A stretch of 52,744 nucleotides of DNA, filler included, from Basidioascus undulatus (lineage: Eukaryota), in the NCBI GenBank assembly GCA_000826855.1. It is 3 parts of 3 records of this genome, joined end to end, with 100 filler letters (N's around TTAATTAATTAA, not from the genome) between each part and the next. Parts side by side here need not be neighbours in the genome. Positions count along the whole stretch, not along the records: positions 35,290 to 52,744 come from JTLS01000531.1; 2 more parts are not named here. One strand, 5' to 3'. Below the pieces are notes generated by a model. That model was not told the DNA's origin, did no database searches, and saw only the letters and a program-made list of their open reading frames with translations. Below, piece after piece: positions 48,950 to 52,744 of the stretch. Numbering within the stretch: position 1 is the first letter of the stretch; each line of letters begins with the position of its first letter. The position numbers and the translations under genes were made by a program.

Positions 48950-50029
48950 AGGTATCGGCGAGCGGGAGCGGGAGCGCAACGCTATGATGAGCGATTGAGG
49001 TCGGCTCGGTGTGTCCCCTGCCCAGTCAAAGACCTGCGACAAACACGCACGCATGAGTTGGGGGCCCGTCTGAAGCTGGAGGTGGTGCAGCGCTACGCAC
49101 AGCCGCCAGTTCGGCATCGGTGAACTCCCCATACCCCCGGACACTGGCGAATACCCGGAAAGACGCGCTGAGTCGAGTGATGCACTCGGCTGTGAGAGCT
49201 GTGTTTCTGGATCGAGCCCGAAGGGAGGGATGGGCGAGTCGGACGAGTTGGGTGGGTCCTCGAGGAAGGGCGTGAGCATCCCCTTCCTCACGGGCGTTTC
49301 AAAGTCTTCTTTGATAATGCTAGTAGAGATTAATAAAGGTGCGTGCTGAGCTTGTGAGTCCCCGACAGGCATGCGGCGGCGGCGGCGGCGACGACACTGT
49401 GAACATGCTGTGGTCGGGTCGCAAGCCTCAAGCAGATGGTGATGCGGGGCAGGCACGCAAGCTGAACACATCCAGATTCGTGCATAAGCATCACTTGTCA
49501 AGTAAAGTAGAACGAGGAGAGTGTTATGAAGATGGAAACACGACCATCAGGCACCCTCGCCAGCGGCATGATGCGGGCGGAAGAGAGCCCGAACGTTGGG
49601 CTGCATGATAAATCCTCGCGGCAATCAGATGTGGCTGTGCTTTCTTGCCTCCTGTTCCATAACTAATTCCCAGTACACGTTTCAAGCTTTCTATGGCACT
49701 GAACGCAAGTGAAAGCGAAAGTGCCCATCCTTGCATCCATTGCACACCTCGGTCTCCCTCTCCTCCTCTTGTTTCCATCTTCTACATTTCTCGGGGTCAG
49801 CCGTTTCCTTTGAATTATGATTAGGTTCTACCTGAAATATCTTTGATTGGCGTAGCAGTCAACTGAAGAGCGTTCTTGTCTCACGCTCTCCTGCTGCACA
49901 TTTCTCGTGCGCTTCCTTGCTGAAACTTGGGGCACCGTCTGACGTGAACCTGCGTCGCCTGAAGAGTTTAAAGGGAGTGTAAAAACTCCCTTCAATTCAG
50001 ACCGTTCCGAATACATAGCAGGTCTCATG

Positions 50030-50600
50030 AAAGGGACGCACAGTCCTGCAGCCCATCGAAGCTGTTCAGCGCGAGCTGCTTGCGCTCCGCCCTCGTCGCA
50101 TCGTCCCAGCTCTGCCAGTCGTCCAACTGTACACGACCAACAGATCCGTACTCCCCAGGGGATCCCTGGAACGTGCCCTCCGGGCGCCTGCCGAGGCATG
50201 TTCCCCGTCGGGCCCCAGCGTCAGCCGCAGCGGGCGGGAGGGGGTCGAGGAACGGCATGGGGGTTCAGAAACGCACCGACGCCGTTTACAGTCCAGCAAT
50301 CGTTCCTAGCGATCTCCAGTTATGTAAAGGGCAAACATGTTATGCGTTTGGTTGACGGACGCGCCCCACCGCGCGCAGGGCTTCATCGCTTGCTCGGGAA
50401 GCGGGTCCTGCTGCGCCCCGTCGCAGGCAAAGTCTTGTGAGCCTGCGCTCGACAATCAGCCATGAGATCTTTCGGGACACGCTAACACTCTGACTCTGAC
50501 TCACAGGGGTGGTGGTCAAGGATGAGCCGGTCCGCGCCAGGCAAGAAGTCGATCCGGGTATTGGACCCGCCGCTGAAGCCGTCATGCTGTTCCGAGCACC
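50030..50600 (-). pseudogene. Inverted, decayed partial paralog of the GH5 gene (matches about 42175-42730)
   Basis: Near-identical exon DNA (e.g. GACCCGCTTCCCGAGCAAGCGATGAAGCCCTGCGCGCG; GACGACTGGCAGAGCTGGGACGA), same intron positions, nucleophile region destroyed (GGA GAT CGC TAG). Confidence 0.88.
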
Positions 50601-51561
50601 CATCAGACCCACTCTTCGCTCTCATTTTCTAGAATTATCAGAAACAAGAAGCCCAAGGGAGTGATGCATATTCCCATACCCGCCAGAAAATCGCGGACGT
50701 GTGGCCGCTGTACATAGGTTGATCGAAGCCACATGCAGCGATGTTTCGCACTGTTCACTTGGTCCCTGTTCGATGAGACCTGCTCATGTGTTTTCTTTAA
50801 ACTATTCCGGGTGCATCCTGAGATTGTCGTTCAGAAATCATGACGAGCGATGGCAGCAGGGAGAGGGCCATCTCCGACTGCCGCAGTACCTGTACTTCTG
50901 CAGTCCAGCGCGTCCACCAGCATCTGGAACTTGGAGAAACCGACCGATCACCGCGATAGATGTTGCTTCGACCACTCACGGCGACTCACGGCGACGGAAT
51001 CAGTCAGTGAAGCTCGGCATCATCATGGCACGACGGCCAGGCACACGGGCACACCGCCCTCCGAACATGCTTAAAGCCATTGAACCTGCAGTGCCAACTT
51101 TTCCAAAATATCCACATGTACACAGTCCTAGCAGGGCACGCTGAATTGTAGGAAAGCAGAGTGGGTTCTTTCGAATGTTGCTCGCAACAGACCGTCCGTG
51201 AAGCCTGCTCACGTCGCCCGTCTGTGAATACTTCCGGTTGTTTCTTCCCAGGGACAGCTACAGCGCTTAACCTAATTTCCTTCAACTTTGAATATCGCAA
51301 GTTATTCAGAGACCAGCTCACGCAAAGCTGGTGATCTTTCGACGTGCACGTCAAGCAGATATAGTGACGTTGACACACTGACAGTTTCACGTGGCTACGA
51401 GGCTGACTGCTGCCGCGCTGCCGACGTTCCCCTTCTCCACGCACACACTTGACCGTCGTCTCGGGCAGCGAACCAATACCACCTGCAGCAGGGGCCTTGG
51501 ACCTCCTCCTCTTCCTGGACGCTCCCTTGAACTCAACTCCAGTCAGAGCTACACTCTCATA

Positions 51562-52744
51562 ATGACATCCGCTTCCGCGAACACCCCGCCGTCGATCGTC
51601 GACTCCGGCCCGACAGTGGACAACCTCGCGTCCATCTTCGATGCGTCCACCCGTACGCCCGGTGTTGCCATACTCTTCCTACTGTTTTGGGAATGCGGCG
51701 CTAATGTCTAGGGAGGGCCCACACAGGCACCCGCCGCGGCCTGTGCCCCATCGTGGAGGGCGTGGCCGAGAGCCACCAGCTGTACTTTGAGGTGCATGGG
51801 AAGGGACCGGTCAAGGTGCGTTCTCCTTTTGATCTGGGAGTTTGAACACAGCGGAATGGGAAAGTTGAATGGGGGCTGGGCTTGGGTAGGTCTTGTTCGT
51901 CATGGGGTGCGTGCTTCATGTTTCCGCTGAGCAGAAAGACGGAGAAGCCTGACGGCGTGGGCGTCGAAGGTTGAACAACACCTGTGCGCTTCTCTTTCTC
52001 CTCTCGAACTTTAGTACTCTACACACTGCTGCTGACACTCCTCTGTCGTTGCGCTCTGGCAGGCTTCGGCTGGTCCTGGCAGATCCAGCACTTCGCGAAG
52101 GATCCGCGCTACTCGCTCCTGTCCGTCCTATCCTTTCCATATTTCAACCTCGAACGTGTCTGACCTGCTTATATGTACTCAGGGTGTTTGACAACCGGTA
52201 GTTCCCTCTCCCGTGGGTCCCTGCTCTCACGTCAGAAGCAACTGACGCCCTTTCCCGCCGTGCAGCGGCGTCGGCAACTCCTCTGGCCCTCGCGGACCCT
52301 ACACGTGCGTATATCTTTTACTCCGCTCTTACACGCTGAGCACGCTAATTCGATGCTCGGGATGGCAGCACCCTCGGCATGGCGCAGGACACGGTCGCGC
52401 TCCTCAACAGGCTGGGATGGACAGACGAGCGGTCGCTGCACATAGTGGGGGTGTGCGTCTCCTCTCCTGCTTCCATCTCACGCCCATTTTCGCCTTGCTC
52501 ATGAGAGACAAGGCACGCCCAGGTCGATGGGCGGGATGCTCTCGCAACGTCCGTCGCCTTAGCCCGACTCATGCGTGGCTTGGCTTTAAGCGCGCTGACC
52601 CACGACCGTCCACGCAGACCTTGCGCTCCTCATCCCTGAACGGATCATCTCCCTTACCTTGACAGTGACGACCCCCGGTAACCCGTGGGTTCCGAACTTC
52701 CCTCCCGTCTGTCCTTCCCCCTGCCAGTTCAATTGTCCTTCATC
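51562..52744 (+). CDS. Alpha/beta hydrolase, 3' end not resolved within the window
   Basis: Spliced LYFEVHGKGPVK|VLFVMG|LNNT|CFGWSWQIQHFAKDPRYSLL|VFDNR|GVGNSSGPRGPYT..MAQDTVALLNRLGWTDERSLHIVG. Confidence 0.85.

Overview
Eukaryotic, intron-rich, GC-rich fungal DNA. Short GT(G/A)CG..CTRAC..YAG introns and the gene content suggest a basidiomycete, probably a Pucciniomycotina-type yeast (inference). The window is three contigs joined by 100-nt N spacers carrying an artificial TTAATTAATTAA linker (17546-17645, 35190-35289), so adjacency across those points is unproven. Apparently intact genes: HGH1, BUD6/AIP3, an intron-containing tRNA-Gly(CCC), a GH81 endo-1,3-beta-glucanase, a mitochondrial carrier (no obvious ATG), a PfkB/ketohexokinase-like kinase, a type-B carboxylesterase, proteasome assembly chaperone 4, a small hypothetical gene, a membrane-anchored GH5 exo-1,3-beta-glucanase and a partial alpha/beta hydrolase. 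Interspersed with these is about the same number of broken genes: a DHH phosphoesterase, the 3' half only of condensin BRN1, a kinase-like gene, three paralogs of one uncharacterised fungal family, a BTB protein, an SNG1-like gene split by a CpG-depleted insertion containing a solo LTR with a 5-bp TSD, an inverted GH5 paralog fragment and several hypotheticals. The strongest signal is this heavy, gene-by-gene decay. I found no convincing novel multi-gene system. All family calls come from motif recognition by eye, not database searches, and exon boundaries were inferred manually.
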